Numbered from the stretch's first letter, positions 49,329 through 60,258 are shown. The stretch is 64,000 nt of DNA from Desulfobacterales bacterium (GCA_030066785.1 JASJAZ010000071.1:4571-68570), one strand, 5' to 3'. Notes: generated from the letters alone by a model not told the origin. Made by a program: numbers and translations.

Positions 49329-49582
49329 CTACCAAATTACCCCCTTAGCCTATTTTGTGCCGCAATTGCAGCGATGCATCGCATAACCCGGTCTAATTAT
49401 CAATAGATTTAGCAAAATACAATATTTATTTTTTAATCCGTACACACTGTCCCGCAGTCTGAACGCGGATTGATTTTTTCATGCAGATTTGACCTGTCAG
49501 TATAGCCTTATTGATAAACCGAATGATTTTTTATCGTTACCCTCGATCGAAATTGAAATGATTCGTTGCCTAATTGATCCGC

Positions 49583-50257
49583 CTAAGCATTACCGAATCG
49601 ATGCTCAATCTCAGCCAATATCTGTTGCACGACCTCTTCAGCCGCGACACCCGAAGAATCGACCAAAATGGCATCAGTTGCAGGCTTCAAGGGTGCGATA
49701 TCCCGCTGACTGTCATTGCGGTCACGGTGCCGGATATCCTGCTCGACTTCATCCAAACTCTGCTTGGATTGGTCTTTAAATTCATTATAGCGCCGTCGCG
49801 CTCTTTCCTTGGCAGAGGCCGTTAGAAAAAACTTAATATCGGCCTCCGGAAAAACGACCGTCCCCATATCGCGTCCTTCAAATACTGCTTCCTTTTCCCG
49901 GCCCATATCTCTTTGTATCTCCAAAAGAAAAGCCCGTACAACTGATCGTGCCGATACGGCTGAAGCCAGCATGGTGATCTCAGGCGTACGGATAAAATCC
50001 GTAATATCGGTCTCATTAAGCAGGATACGCTGACCGTGGCTAAATGATTGAAATGCCAATTTTATCCGGCGACACATTTTCTCAAGTCCTTCATCGTCTT
50101 CCGGCTGAATTTGATCGGATTTGGCCTGATACGCAATCGCGCGGTATAATGCACCGGTGTCAATATAACGGTAATTAAGTCTATCAGCGACCATACGGCT
50201 CACCGTTGTTTTGCCGGCGCCAGCGGGTCCATCAATGGTAATTACCAGAGGTTTCAT
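49583..50257 (-). CDS. cmk: Cytidylate kinase
   Basis: ITIDGPAGAGKTT, IDTGALYRA, EGRDMGTVVFP, RDRND..R. ATG overlaps the hisC stop. Confidence 0.96.
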   Translation of the reverse strand: MKPLVITIDGPAGAGKTTVSRMVADRLNYRYIDTGALYRAIAYQAKSDQIQPEDDEGLEKMCRRIKLAFQSFSHGQRILLNETDITDFIRTPEITMLASAVSARSVVRAFLLEIQRDMGREKEAVFEGRDMGTVVFPEADIKFFLTASAKERARRRYNEFKDQSKQSLDEVEQDIRHRDRNDSQRDIAPLKPATDAILVDSSGVAAEEVVQQILAEIEHRFGNA

Positions 50258-51342
50258 TGCATAACCTTTTTCAGCGCTTCGATGCATCGAATATTTTCAT
50301 CCATACGTCCAACATTGACGCGAATAAAGTGAGGAAAACCATATGAGGCCATCGAACGCACAATGACGCCCTCTTTCAGCAAAGCTTCATACACGGCATC
50401 CGCCGGCTGTTTAACATCAATCAGGAAAAAATTGGAATGTGTCCGGAAATAGCTTATTTCCATACGATCGAGGGCCTCATAAAAAAACATCAAACCCGCA
50501 TGAACCGTCTGCATTGTTTCTGCCAAAAATTCATCATCATCAAGGGCCGCAACAGCCCCCGCCTGGGCTAAAGAGCTGACATTAAAAGGCTGGCGAATTC
50601 GATTTAGAAGCTCAGCGATAGGGGCAGTGGTCACACCATAACCAACGCGCAGTCCTGCCAAGCCGTATGCTTTGGAAAAAGTTCTTAGCGTAATAATCGG
50701 TTTCTCAGATTTCACATAACCGAGGCTGTCGGCACAACCGGCATGGCGCACAAATTCGATGTAGGCCTCATCCATTACAACGATAATTTCAGGTGGCATG
50801 CTTTCTAGAAAGCGCGTAAATTCAGGTTCCAATACGATACTGCCGGTAGGATTATGGGGATTATTGATGAAAATTAAACGGGTATTGGCGGTAATTCGCT
50901 TTCGAATGCCGTCCAAATCGGTACACATCTTTTTAAGCGGTACCGCCACCGGATAAGCACCGGCTGCCCGAACCACGATATCATACATCAAAAAGGCCGG
51001 CTGTGGCATGATGGCTTCATCACCGGCTTGCAAAAATCCTTGTGCTAGTAAGCTGATGATGTCATCTGATCCATTGCCCAGTATGATGTTCTCCGGCTTC
51101 ACCTGCAGCTTGGCGGCAAGCTTTCGAGTTAACATATAACCGCTGCCGTCCGGATAACGATGTAAATTGGCTAGTGCATTCTGAATGGCCGTTAACGCCC
51201 GAGGGGAGGGACCTAAAGGATTTTCATTGGACGCCAGCTTAATGGAATCATTAATGCCATATTCGCGTTCAAGCTCCTCGATCGGTTTGCCGGGGACATA
51301 CGGTTTAATGGATAAGATATATTCTGGTACTGATAGGTTCAT
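50254..51342 (-). CDS. hisC: Histidinol-phosphate aminotransferase
   Basis: KLASNENPLG, GNGSDD, NPHNPTG, DEAY, RTFSKAYGLAGLRVGY. Confidence 0.93.
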   Translation of the reverse strand: MNLSVPEYILSIKPYVPGKPIEELEREYGINDSIKLASNENPLGPSPRALTAIQNALANLHRYPDGSGYMLTRKLAAKLQVKPENIILGNGSDDIISLLAQGFLQAGDEAIMPQPAFLMYDIVVRAAGAYPVAVPLKKMCTDLDGIRKRITANTRLIFINNPHNPTGSIVLEPEFTRFLESMPPEIIVVMDEAYIEFVRHAGCADSLGYVKSEKPIITLRTFSKAYGLAGLRVGYGVTTAPIAELLNRIRQPFNVSSLAQAGAVAALDDDEFLAETMQTVHAGLMFFYEALDRMEISYFRTHSNFFLIDVKQPADAVYEALLKEGVIVRSMASYGFPHFIRVNVGRMDENIRCIEALKKVMQ

Positions 51343-51450
51343 GCGATTTTAGGCCTAACGCTTCGCGCTCCAGTCGTCAGTTAAAAAGATAGTGGATCTG
51401 TTAACAGCAAGTACTGTGTTAAAAAGATTATTTTGCATCAGGTTGTGCTA

Positions 51451-51987
51451 TTATTTTTGCGCGGCCTTGGCGCCTTCGGCCAGGGCTTTCAGATTCAGAG
51501 GGATAAACTTTTCTTTTTTGGCAAATTCAAATTTAACCGATGCCTCCACCGAAGCCATATTCAGAATGCCACTGCGTGCAACAAAGGCACCCAAAGCAAC
51601 AATATTGGCAGCCTTTACGTTGCCAATGCTTTTGGCAATATCAATCACCGGAACAGTGAACTCATCCACATCGCTGCGTTGCGAACTGATGGAAATGATC
51701 GAGCTGTTAATAAAAATAATACCGCCAGGTCGAACCATGGGCGCAAATTTTTCCAACGATGGTCGGTTCATGGCCACCAAGTGCTGTGGATTGCGGATAA
51801 TAGGTGAACCGATGGGTTGATCCCCGATTACCACCGTGCAATAGGCCGTCCCTCCCCGCATCTCGGGGCCGTAAGAAGGAATCCAGACCACTTCAAATCC
51901 CTCTTCCATGGCGGCCTGGGCCAGTATTTTGCCGCTCAACATAATTCCCTGGCCACCAAAACCAGCAAACTGTACTTCACTCTGCAT
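51451..51987 (-). CDS. 2-oxoacid:ferredoxin oxidoreductase gamma subunit
   Basis: AGFGGQG, PSYGPEMRGG, ANIVALGA, NLKALAEG. Confidence 0.92.
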   Translation of the reverse strand: MQSEVQFAGFGGQGIMLSGKILAQAAMEEGFEVVWIPSYGPEMRGGTAYCTVVIGDQPIGSPIIRNPQHLVAMNRPSLEKFAPMVRPGGIIFINSSIISISSQRSDVDEFTVPVIDIAKSIGNVKAANIVALGAFVARSGILNMASVEASVKFEFAKKEKFIPLNLKALAEGAKAAQK

Positions 51988-52002
51988 CCCCTCCTCCTCA
52001 TA

Positions 52003-52740
52003 TTACTCCGGTGTTTTGTATTCCCCCAATTGGTAATAACTGAGCATATTCTCCTCAGCCCAATCTACCGATTCAAGTGGTGTTAGGCCCCAGTTAGTTG
52101 GACACGTACTGACCAATTCGACCAAGCTAAAACAACGGTTTTCCATCTGATACGTAAATGCCTTTTTAATCGCTTTTTTGGCTTTTACAATGTATTTCGG
52201 TTTGATAACCGCTTGCCGCACGATATAGCCCGGTGTCGTCAGTGCCGCAATGAGTTCAGCTACTTTAACCGGCATGCCGACATCTTCAACATTACGACCC
52301 ATGGGGCTGGTGGTGGTGCGCTGACCTGGCATTGTGGTAGGTGCCATTTGTCCGCCGGTCATGCCGTATACGGCATTATTCACAAAGATAGAGGTAAATT
52401 TCTCCCCCCGATTGGCAGCGTGAATAATTTCCCCCATTCCAATACTGGCAAGGTCACCATCACCTTGATAGGTAAACACCATTAGATCAGGTCGTACCCG
52501 TTTGACCCCGGTTGCCATGGCCGGCGCGCGGCCATGGGCCGCTTCCTGAAAATCGAAGGTAAAATAATTATATGCCAATACGGCACATCCCACCGGAGCA
52601 ATTCCAACCGTACGGCCGCGAATCCCCAATTCATCGATCACTTCTGCCAGCAAACGATGGATGACACCATGGGTACAGCCCGGACAATAATGGGTATCTT
52701 GTTCCGCTAAAGCTTCGGGTTTAGTAAATAATTTAACCAT
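52003..52740 (-). CDS. 2-oxoacid:ferredoxin oxidoreductase beta (TPP-binding) subunit
   Basis: YCPGCTHG, VGC, HGRA, QGDGDLASIG...NNAVYGMTGGQ, CPTNW. Confidence 0.92.
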   Translation of the reverse strand: MVKLFTKPEALAEQDTHYCPGCTHGVIHRLLAEVIDELGIRGRTVGIAPVGCAVLAYNYFTFDFQEAAHGRAPAMATGVKRVRPDLMVFTYQGDGDLASIGMGEIIHAANRGEKFTSIFVNNAVYGMTGGQMAPTTMPGQRTTTSPMGRNVEDVGMPVKVAELIAALTTPGYIVRQAVIKPKYIVKAKKAIKKAFTYQMENRCFSLVELVSTCPTNWGLTPLESVDWAEENMLSYYQLGEYKTPE

Positions 52741-52790
52741 GGAAAAGCTCCTCACAATTTTTCTGAAGCGGCTGGCATTGATTGCCAGCG

Positions 52791-53858
52791 TTATAGCATC
52801 GCCTTGATGTGATCAATAATCTCTTCGGGTGTCGGCACTTCACCACCGCATTTGCCAAACCAGCTGACCGGACGCTGGCCCTTGACATAGCGCTCTACAT
52901 CCTCGACTAATTGCCCCATGCTCATCTCGATACTCACCACGGCCTGACAGCTGTCCTTAGTTGCTGCCTGCAAAACCATTTCGCCGGGAAACGGGAATAG
53001 TGTCTGCGGCCGTATCAAACCGATTTCCAATCCTTCCTGTTTGAGCTGCATGATTGCGGTTTTGCAGACCCGGCTCATGGTGCCATAACTGACAATTAAT
53101 ATTTTGTAATCCTTATCAACATTATAAGCTTCCGCCTTGACCTCTTCGGCTTCCATCTGCTCATATTTGGCTTTCAACATCAGGTTATGCTGGTTCAGTT
53201 GCTCTGGATCAAGATAAAGCGATTTAACCAGATTGCGTGCCTCACTCTGGCGTGTATCCATGCCATTGGTAGCCCAAGCATTTTTATTGCTCGGTGGGGT
53301 TTTTAAATGCTCGGGGAAATCGACCGGCTCCATCATTTGGCCGATCAATCCATCACCCAGAATCATCACCGGATTACGGTATTTTTCAGCTAAGGGAAAG
53401 GCTGCCATGGTCATTTCAACTGCTTCTTGCACACTGGCGGGTGCCATGACAAGCATACGAAAATCACCATGTCCAATTCCCTTGGTGGCCTGCAAATAAT
53501 CCGCCTGAGAAGGTAAGATACCGCCCAGGCCAGGTCCACCGCGCATGATATTGACAAAAACAGCCGGGCACTGAGCACTGGCAATGTAACTGATGCCTTC
53601 ACTCATCAGACTGATGCCCGGACTGGAAGATGTTGTAAAGACCCTTGCGCCGGCTGCGGCCGCTCCAAAAATCATATAGGAAACAGCCACCTCACTTTCG
53701 CCTTGCAAGAAAACACCACCTTCTTCCGGTAACCGATGGGTTAAATATTCAGCAACCTCGGATTGAGGGGTTATCGGATAGGCAAAATAATTCAGGCAAC
53801 CAGCACGAATAGCCGCTTCACCGATTGCCTCATTACCTTTCATCAACACCTTGCCCAT
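52791..53858 (-). CDS. vorB: 2-oxoacid:ferredoxin oxidoreductase alpha subunit (VorB-like)
   Basis: MKGNEAIGEAA, YPITPQSE, TTSSSPGISL, RGGPGLG, QMMEPV, EMSMGQ. Confidence 0.88.
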   Translation of the reverse strand: MGKVLMKGNEAIGEAAIRAGCLNYFAYPITPQSEVAEYLTHRLPEEGGVFLQGESEVAVSYMIFGAAAAGARVFTTSSSPGISLMSEGISYIASAQCPAVFVNIMRGGPGLGGILPSQADYLQATKGIGHGDFRMLVMAPASVQEAVEMTMAAFPLAEKYRNPVMILGDGLIGQMMEPVDFPEHLKTPPSNKNAWATNGMDTRQSEARNLVKSLYLDPEQLNQHNLMLKAKYEQMEAEEVKAEAYNVDKDYKILIVSYGTMSRVCKTAIMQLKQEGLEIGLIRPQTLFPFPGEMVLQAATKDSCQAVVSIEMSMGQLVEDVERYVKGQRPVSWFGKCGGEVPTPEEIIDHIKAML

Positions 53859-53880
53859 AAATACCTCCGTTTACTCTGGC

Positions 53881-54114
53881 TTAGGAAACTTTTTCCGTCT
53901 TTTTTTCTTCGGCCGTAATGGTTACAGCGACATCGGGACACATGCGGCAGCAGGTTCCACACAGGATACAGTCTTGGGGTCGCGCCTGGTAGGCCGGAAA
54001 ATAGCCTTTGCGATTGACTTCATCGGATATTTCCAAAACATTTTTTGGGCAAACGGTTACGCATAGTGCGCAGCCTTTGCATTTGTTGCGGTTAATCTGA
54101 TATTTTGGTTTCAT
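53881..54114 (-). CDS. 2[4Fe-4S] ferredoxin (oxidoreductase delta subunit)
   Basis: CKGCALCVTVCP and CILCGTCCRMCPD; GAGGAG RBS before MKPKY. Confidence 0.9.
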   Translation of the reverse strand: MKPKYQINRNKCKGCALCVTVCPKNVLEISDEVNRKGYFPAYQARPQDCILCGTCCRMCPDVAVTITAEEKKTEKVS

Positions 54115-54185
54115 CGTTATGCTCCTCATCATCCATCCGGATGTTTATTTCTATCACTTTAAAAGCAATGATTGTATAGAAATCA

Positions 54186-54899
54186 TTACGGCTTTATCGC
54201 TACGGGTACCGGTTTTTCCCAGGGCGGAACCAACTGCCTTTTTATCGGCAAAATCGGACAGGAAACCCGCGCGGTGTCGATCTCCGGCATCAAGTGGGCG
54301 GGCACCGTTATCAATTCCAAGGGCAAACTACTTGCCTGTGACACATCTTTCAAAAAATCGTGGCCTGAGTAGATCATTTCAATATTGGTTTCATTGATTA
54401 AGTTAGCATTGCCAATAAGGCCATTGACTTGCATTTTGGATGCTGTTTCTATTTTTGAGCGCATGGCCAAGCATCCTTCAACGCTATCGTTAAACGGCCG
54501 CAAGGGATTGACAACTTGCAGCATACGATAATTTTTATCCGTTAATGCGTCGGCCAGAGATGCCAAAACAATCGCACCGGCATCGTCGCCACCGACATCA
54601 ATAAGCGTGACCTCTTGGGGATTGCGAAGCATGCCCGCTACGGCAGGGCTTAAAATCGGCAAATCGGCATTGAGGTACTGATCAGGCGGCAATACAATAT
54701 TGATGCTAAGATCGCTGAAAAGATCTTTGACTTCACGGGTTCGAAAGTAGGGATTGACCAAGTCAAGGTCGGCAATCTGCACATCCTTACCGGAGGTTCG
54801 ACTTCCAATGGCGAGATTAATGGCAACTTCGGTCTTGCCGCTGCCATAATTTCCGACTATTAAAATTATACCGCTGAGCTTGATTTCCACCCACGCCAT
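54186..54899 (-). CDS. P-loop NTPase (SIMIBI-like) heading the oxidoreductase operon
   Basis: Walker A GNYGSGKT, DLDLVNPYFR, DVGGDDAG. Confidence 0.75.
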   Translation of the reverse strand: MAWVEIKLSGIILIVGNYGSGKTEVAINLAIGSRTSGKDVQIADLDLVNPYFRTREVKDLFSDLSINIVLPPDQYLNADLPILSPAVAGMLRNPQEVTLIDVGGDDAGAIVLASLADALTDKNYRMLQVVNPLRPFNDSVEGCLAMRSKIETASKMQVNGLIGNANLINETNIEMIYSGHDFLKDVSQASSLPLELITVPAHLMPEIDTARVSCPILPIKRQLVPPWEKPVPVAIKP

Positions 54900-55246
54900 C
54901 CTATATCAATAATAGCTCCGCTGAATCTAACTTAACAGGAACTTTGGTGAAACAAAATGCAATCTGGCTTTGTATTGTTTATTAGCCAGCGTGTCAACAG
55001 TTTTGGAAGGGATATTTGGCAACAGAAAAACCAGGATGTTTCTCCGCGCATGGTCATCAATCGGGCTGATAAAAAGGCTTGCAAATACAACTAAAACCGG
55101 ACATCACTGGCAAGATTCTTTGATCGCGCCAAAGATAATATAAAGGGCAAACTAAAACCTCTAAGAAAAACTAAGACTCAAAATTATTATTTATTTTCAC
55201 TACATTATCTCACATTCTTTATGCAATAATTAAATGAGGTAGTCGC

Positions 55247-56419
55247 ATGCATGATGTCCAAACCGGCCTTGAAGTGTTCATTCAATCTCCGCCTGATTGG
55301 ATCATGGGCAAACGCTTGGGGCTGCTTTGCAATCCTGCTTCCGTAGACAGGCATTTTACACTCGCCCGTGATCTTATCCAGCGTTGCTGCCCCGGGCAGC
55401 TCAAAGCCTTATTGGCACCCCAACACGGTTTTTTTGCTGACAAACAGGACAATATGATCGAATCGGACGACTTAGTGGATACTGTCAGCAATCTGCCGGT
55501 GTTTAGCCTGTACGGCAAAACCCGCAAACCAACCGCTGCCATGATGGATAAATTTGATGTGCTCTTGATAGATTTACAAGACGTCGGTACACGCGTTTAT
55601 ACGTTTGCGTACACAATTTCGTATTGCCTGGAAGCTGCTCGCAAATACCGAAAAAAAGTCCTCATACTCGACCGGCCAAATCCCATCAATGGCATCACGA
55701 TAGAAGGCAATTTGCTTAACACAGACTACAGCTCTTTTGTGGGTCGCTATCCGATCCCGATGCGCCATGGGCTCACCATGGGCGAACTGGCCCACATGTT
55801 TAATACGGAATTTGGCATACATGCGGATTTAGACGTGATCAAGATACACGGCTGGCAACGCGAAATGCTTTTTAATGATACCGGATTGCCTTGGGTGGCA
55901 CCGTCGCCTAACTTACCAACACCAACATCCGCCATGGTATATCCGGGCCAAGTTTTATGGGAAGGCACCAATGTTTCGGAAGGGCGTGGCACAACATTGC
56001 CGTTTGAAGTGTTTGGAGCGCCTTTTATCGATCCACAAAAAATTTTAGAAACCGTTAGCATGGATGTTCTTTCGGGTGCAATCTTGCGAACCTGTGCATT
56101 TGAACCGACTGCCAACAAATGGTGTGGGCAACTGTGCCGGGGTTTTCAGATCCATATTACCGATCCTAATAGCTATCAGCCCTTCCGCACGACCATACTG
56201 CTGCTACAGGCGATTCTACAGAACCATAAAACCGAATTTAATTGGAAAGCGCCTCCCTACGAATATGAGTTTGAAAAACAACCGATCGACCTCATTATCG
56301 GCGATCGCGCCATCCGTCAACGCATCGAAAAATTAGAATCAATCGCATCCATTGAGCAAAGCTGGATGCAAGCTTTGCAACGCTATCAAAAAATGAGCAG
56401 AGCTTTTCATCTCTATTGA
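55247..56419 (+). CDS. namZ: Exo-beta-N-acetylmuramidase NamZ family (DUF1343/YbbC)
   Basis: APQHG, SLYG, DLQDVGTRVYT, LDRPNP, RHGLTMGELA, PSPNLPT, SEGRGTT. Confidence 0.88.
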   Translation: MHDVQTGLEVFIQSPPDWIMGKRLGLLCNPASVDRHFTLARDLIQRCCPGQLKALLAPQHGFFADKQDNMIESDDLVDTVSNLPVFSLYGKTRKPTAAMMDKFDVLLIDLQDVGTRVYTFAYTISYCLEAARKYRKKVLILDRPNPINGITIEGNLLNTDYSSFVGRYPIPMRHGLTMGELAHMFNTEFGIHADLDVIKIHGWQREMLFNDTGLPWVAPSPNLPTPTSAMVYPGQVLWEGTNVSEGRGTTLPFEVFGAPFIDPQKILETVSMDVLSGAILRTCAFEPTANKWCGQLCRGFQIHITDPNSYQPFRTTILLLQAILQNHKTEFNWKAPPYEYEFEKQPIDLIIGDRAIRQRIEKLESIASIEQSWMQALQRYQKMSRAFHLY

Positions 56420-56715
56420 AAACGTTGTTCAAAGTTGCCGGTTAGCGGCTGTTACACGAATTGCAAATCAAGCCGATGACCATTAGCGAAACGTTAAAGG
56501 GCCCCAAATAATCACGTTTTTTTGATAGTGATAAGATATAAACGGTAGGTGTCTTTGGCAGGCTAGATGTGTTGATACGAGGGGTTTACCGATTCCAGGC
56601 AATCGAATGATCAGTTACCCTCGGTCAATGTAATTACCACACAGACAATGGAGATGGCGGGCAAGATGAGGGGTAAGCCCTGAGAAGATATCTCAGAGCC
56701 TACCTTTGCAAAATC

Positions 56716-56997
56716 TTAGGATTTTTCGGCTTTTAAAGTTTCAATCTCTTTTTTGAGATCATCGACTTCTTGTTTGTATTGCTCGGTATCATCAGATCCT
56801 GACGTCAGGTCCGGTGCGTCATCTTTCTTCCACGTATCTTTAAGCTCATCAAAGCCCAGGTAGATAGCCAAAGCCCCGCCCAACAGCAGTATGACCGGAA
56901 TAGCGCCGGCTAAAAGCTGCAAAAAAGGTTTCCACCACGCTGTAATTCCGATGAGACCTAATACCGCTGCTACAGCTCCTCCGATTAACGTTTTCAT
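56716..56997 (-). CDS. Small membrane protein (two TM helices, acidic/coiled-coil tail)
   Basis: Two hydrophobic helices, then a charged tail; AAGGAGG RBS. Confidence 0.75.
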   Translation of the reverse strand: MKTLIGGAVAAVLGLIGITAWWKPFLQLLAGAIPVILLLGGALAIYLGFDELKDTWKKDDAPDLTSGSDDTEQYKQEVDDLKKEIETLKAEKS

Positions 56998-57050
56998 AGA
57001 AAACCGTCCTCCTTTTCAAAAATGAAATTGTAAAATTTTTGGAAATTGGG

Positions 57051-57070
57051 TTTTAACGCGCGCGTTAAAA
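57051..57070. repeat. Perfect 20-bp palindrome
   Basis: TTTTAACGCGCGCGTTAAAA, ~55 bp upstream of the 56997 start. Confidence 0.8.
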
Positions 57071-57630
57071 ATGCAGAAAATGCGTAATGCGTATCAAAGT
57101 AAATTCTTTTAGTAATGTTTCAGATGGAATGTCAAGGGGATCCCTCGTATAGTCGCATCTAAATTTAAACGAGGAATAATTAGCATACCAATAAAACCAA
57201 AGCAAGACCATTTTAAAGCATCGCGCCAGGCCTTTTCAATCCAACCGGCGCACCATCCTTTATCTGTTAAGGAAATCAGCGCCGGGATCTTTTTTTAATC
57301 AACACCTATTGTTCAAATTCATTGGCCGGTTCAGTGAACTATATCATCGTATTTATATTTATTGTTAGTTAATTGACGATTAAATGAGTGGATTTCAATA
57401 AGGAACGCCCAAAAGGTAATATTCGGGCGGTGACAAACAATGCACGGACAAACATTACAGACAGTTAAATATTGAATTGCAAACCATATATAGTTTTGCT
57501 ACTTGAATAGATGGATAGTGTTAAAACTGCTGAGACCGTTGATTGGCATTATTTTCTGTCGGAATCGTTTGACATACTTACATTATTTCTCGAATTAATT
57601 TCCAAGGCATAGCTTTTACAAAGATCATAT

Positions 57631-60258
57631 ATGTCGGATTCAGAAACAATCAAAACGCGCTCAGTTCTCGCCAGATGGATTCAACCAATTCTAAAGGGTC
57701 GCCAATACTTTGCCTGTCTTTTGCCGGGTAATATTGGACCGGCATCCACTTTCATTTTAAAGCTTTTTTATTCCGGCATAAAAGCCGATCAGGAACAGAT
57801 TGATACCATCAAGCAGTTGCCGCATAATGCCATTGTGATTTATGCCAGTAAATTTAAGAGCTATTTTGAATATCTTTTTTATTATACGCACTACAAACAG
57901 AATAACATACCCTTTCCCGAAATTGGCTTTTACTATCGGTTTATATTATGGCAACCGGTGTCGCGGCTCATTCGCATCGCCTTAAACCACCTTGATTTTA
58001 TCCTGACGCACCGCAAACTGCCCAATCCCTTTAAAAGCGGTTATTTGGCCGATGAACTTGAAGCCGGACGAACCGGATTATTTGCCCTGGTAGACAGAAA
58101 AGGGTTCTACCGGCGTTTCGTGAAAGCCGGCACAGATCCGCTCCAGTATTTAATCGACATGCAGGAGCATATTGATCGTCCTATCTATATTGTACCTCAA
58201 TTAATGTTCTTTGGCAGAAAACCGTTTCGCTCTAATCCGACGCTTATGGATATCCTGTTTGGTCCTGAAGCCAAACCGGGACGAATTAGACGGATGGTCA
58301 CTCTTTTTAAAAATCCGGGCCGTATTTTTATAGAAGTCTCCAAACCCATCAATTTGCAGGAATTTATTGAACAGCATCAATTTCAGGAAAAAACGTCTGC
58401 CCATCAGGCCCTGGTCTTACGGCGGGATTTGCTGAAACAAATCAATCGACACCGCCAGAGTATTATTGGTCCGGTTCTGAAGTCGCCGATGGAGCTAAAA
58501 CAAGGCATCCTAACAAATGATCGTTTACGGGAATTCATGCAGCAGTATTCCAAGAAGCGCAACATCCCGCTACATGTCGTGCATCGCAAGGCTGATAGTT
58601 ATGTTGAAGAAATTGCCACGCGTTTCAACATGGCGCTTATTAAGATCGGGGAAAAAATGGTGGGCTGGTTCATCAAAACCATGTTTGAAGGCGTTATGAT
58701 CAATCAGGATGCGCTTGCGCGCGTCAAAGCGATGTCCCAAAAGGGTCCACTTGTATTAATTCCCTGCCATAAGAGCCATATCGACTACTTGATATTGTCC
58801 TATTTACTGTACAATAACAATATGCCGCTGCCACTGATTGCCGCTGGTAAAAATTTATCTTTTTGGCCGTTGGGGCCTTTTTTTAGAGGTGGCGGTGCAT
58901 TTTTCATTCGCCGCACATTTCGAGGCGCAATCCTTTATACCAAAGTATTTTCCGAGTATATCCGCAACATCCTTGCCGAAGGCTATAACATTGAATTTTT
59001 CATTGAAGGAGGCCGTAGTCGCACCGGCAAGCTCATTCTTCCAAAACTAGGATTGTTGAATATCCTGCTAACCTCATTCAAAGAAGGTGCCAGTGAGGAT
59101 TTAATTCTGGTTCCTATTTACATTGGTTATGATCGTGTGCTTGAGGAAAATGCCTATCTGCATGAAATTGAGGGTGGGAAAAAGGAGCCCGAAAGCTTTC
59201 TGCAGATATTACAGGCCCGCAAATTTTTAAAAAAGCGCTACGGAAAAATTTATATAAAATTTCACGATCCGATTTCTCTCAATTCCTTGTCTTCGGAAAA
59301 TGGCGGATCAATTCAGGAAATGACAAGCAAAGAACAAAACATCTTCTGCCGCAACCTGGGCTGGCGTGTCTTAAATGCCATTAACCGCATAACTGTTATC
59401 ACCCCCCATTCCGTGGCAGCAGCGGCTTTACTGAACTGTTCCCGTGGCAGCTTTACATTTGACCACATTACCGAACACATCCAGACCTATCTTAGCTACC
59501 TCTCGTCCCATGAAGCCATGCTGGCCGATACACTCCACATGGAGCCGATTGCAACCACTCAACATGTCCTAAACGACTATGTACAGCGTAAAATGCTTGA
59601 GCCGATGTCCAAAAGTTCCGGTAATGAAGATCTCCAAGCCACTTACCAAATCAATGAAGCCCGACGTCCTTTACTGGAATATTATAAAAATAATTGTATC
59701 TCTTTTTTCATCCCGGCAGCATTTACATCGATTTCTATATTGGAAAAGGATGCATTCCAATTCTCAGCTTCAGATCTACATGACGGGTATACGTTCTTAC
59801 AGGATTTTTTCAAATATGAATTTGCATATGATATTGATAAAAGCTCGGAACACTATGTTCGTAAAAGTATTAAGGCCTTTATCGATGACGCCATTCTGAT
59901 TCCACACCCTACCCTACCCGACACCTATAACCTAACATCGGCCGGCTTTAGGAAACTACAGCTGTTTGCCCGGTTTCTGCGAACCTATTTTGAATCTTAC
60001 TGGATCGTTTTAAATTATTATATGAATACAACTAAAAATTCGTCCAAACCTAAAGATCGCTTTAAGAAAATCCAGTCACTTGGCAGTCGCATGTATAAAA
60101 ACAAACAGATACAACGCAAAGAAGCCATATCCAAAATCAATTTTATGAATGCCGAGAGCTATTTTGGAACCCATGGTCTTAAAAGTTCGGAAGATATCGA
60201 GCAAATCCAATTTTATAAAAAAACGATACAAAAATACATGAATGCGACCCCCATATAA
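57631..60258 (+). CDS. plsB: Glycerol-3-phosphate O-acyltransferase (PlsB-type)
   Basis: PCHKSHIDY (HX4D), IAAGKNL, GAFFIRR, FIEGGRSRTGK, YDRVLEE. Confidence 0.85.
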   Translation: MSDSETIKTRSVLARWIQPILKGRQYFACLLPGNIGPASTFILKLFYSGIKADQEQIDTIKQLPHNAIVIYASKFKSYFEYLFYYTHYKQNNIPFPEIGFYYRFILWQPVSRLIRIALNHLDFILTHRKLPNPFKSGYLADELEAGRTGLFALVDRKGFYRRFVKAGTDPLQYLIDMQEHIDRPIYIVPQLMFFGRKPFRSNPTLMDILFGPEAKPGRIRRMVTLFKNPGRIFIEVSKPINLQEFIEQHQFQEKTSAHQALVLRRDLLKQINRHRQSIIGPVLKSPMELKQGILTNDRLREFMQQYSKKRNIPLHVVHRKADSYVEEIATRFNMALIKIGEKMVGWFIKTMFEGVMINQDALARVKAMSQKGPLVLIPCHKSHIDYLILSYLLYNNNMPLPLIAAGKNLSFWPLGPFFRGGGAFFIRRTFRGAILYTKVFSEYIRNILAEGYNIEFFIEGGRSRTGKLILPKLGLLNILLTSFKEGASEDLILVPIYIGYDRVLEENAYLHEIEGGKKEPESFLQILQARKFLKKRYGKIYIKFHDPISLNSLSSENGGSIQEMTSKEQNIFCRNLGWRVLNAINRITVITPHSVAAAALLNCSRGSFTFDHITEHIQTYLSYLSSHEAMLADTLHMEPIATTQHVLNDYVQRKMLEPMSKSSGNEDLQATYQINEARRPLLEYYKNNCISFFIPAAFTSISILEKDAFQFSASDLHDGYTFLQDFFKYEFAYDIDKSSEHYVRKSIKAFIDDAILIPHPTLPDTYNLTSAGFRKLQLFARFLRTYFESYWIVLNYYMNTTKNSSKPKDRFKKIQSLGSRMYKNKQIQRKEAISKINFMNAESYFGTHGLKSSEDIEQIQFYKKTIQKYMNATPI

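Noticed and set aside
46391..51342. hisC-cmk-rpsA-sppA without aroA/ispH/ihfB as an unusual arrangement
   Set aside because: Ordinary lineage-level variation of a housekeeping cluster.
55141..55190. c-di-GMP-I (GEMM)-like words GGCAAAC...GAAA...GACTCAAAA upstream of namZ
   Set aside because: The stem around GAAA does not pair, GACGCAAA is mutated and the second hairpin is absent. It is likely chance in AT-rich DNA; an Infernal scan would settle it.
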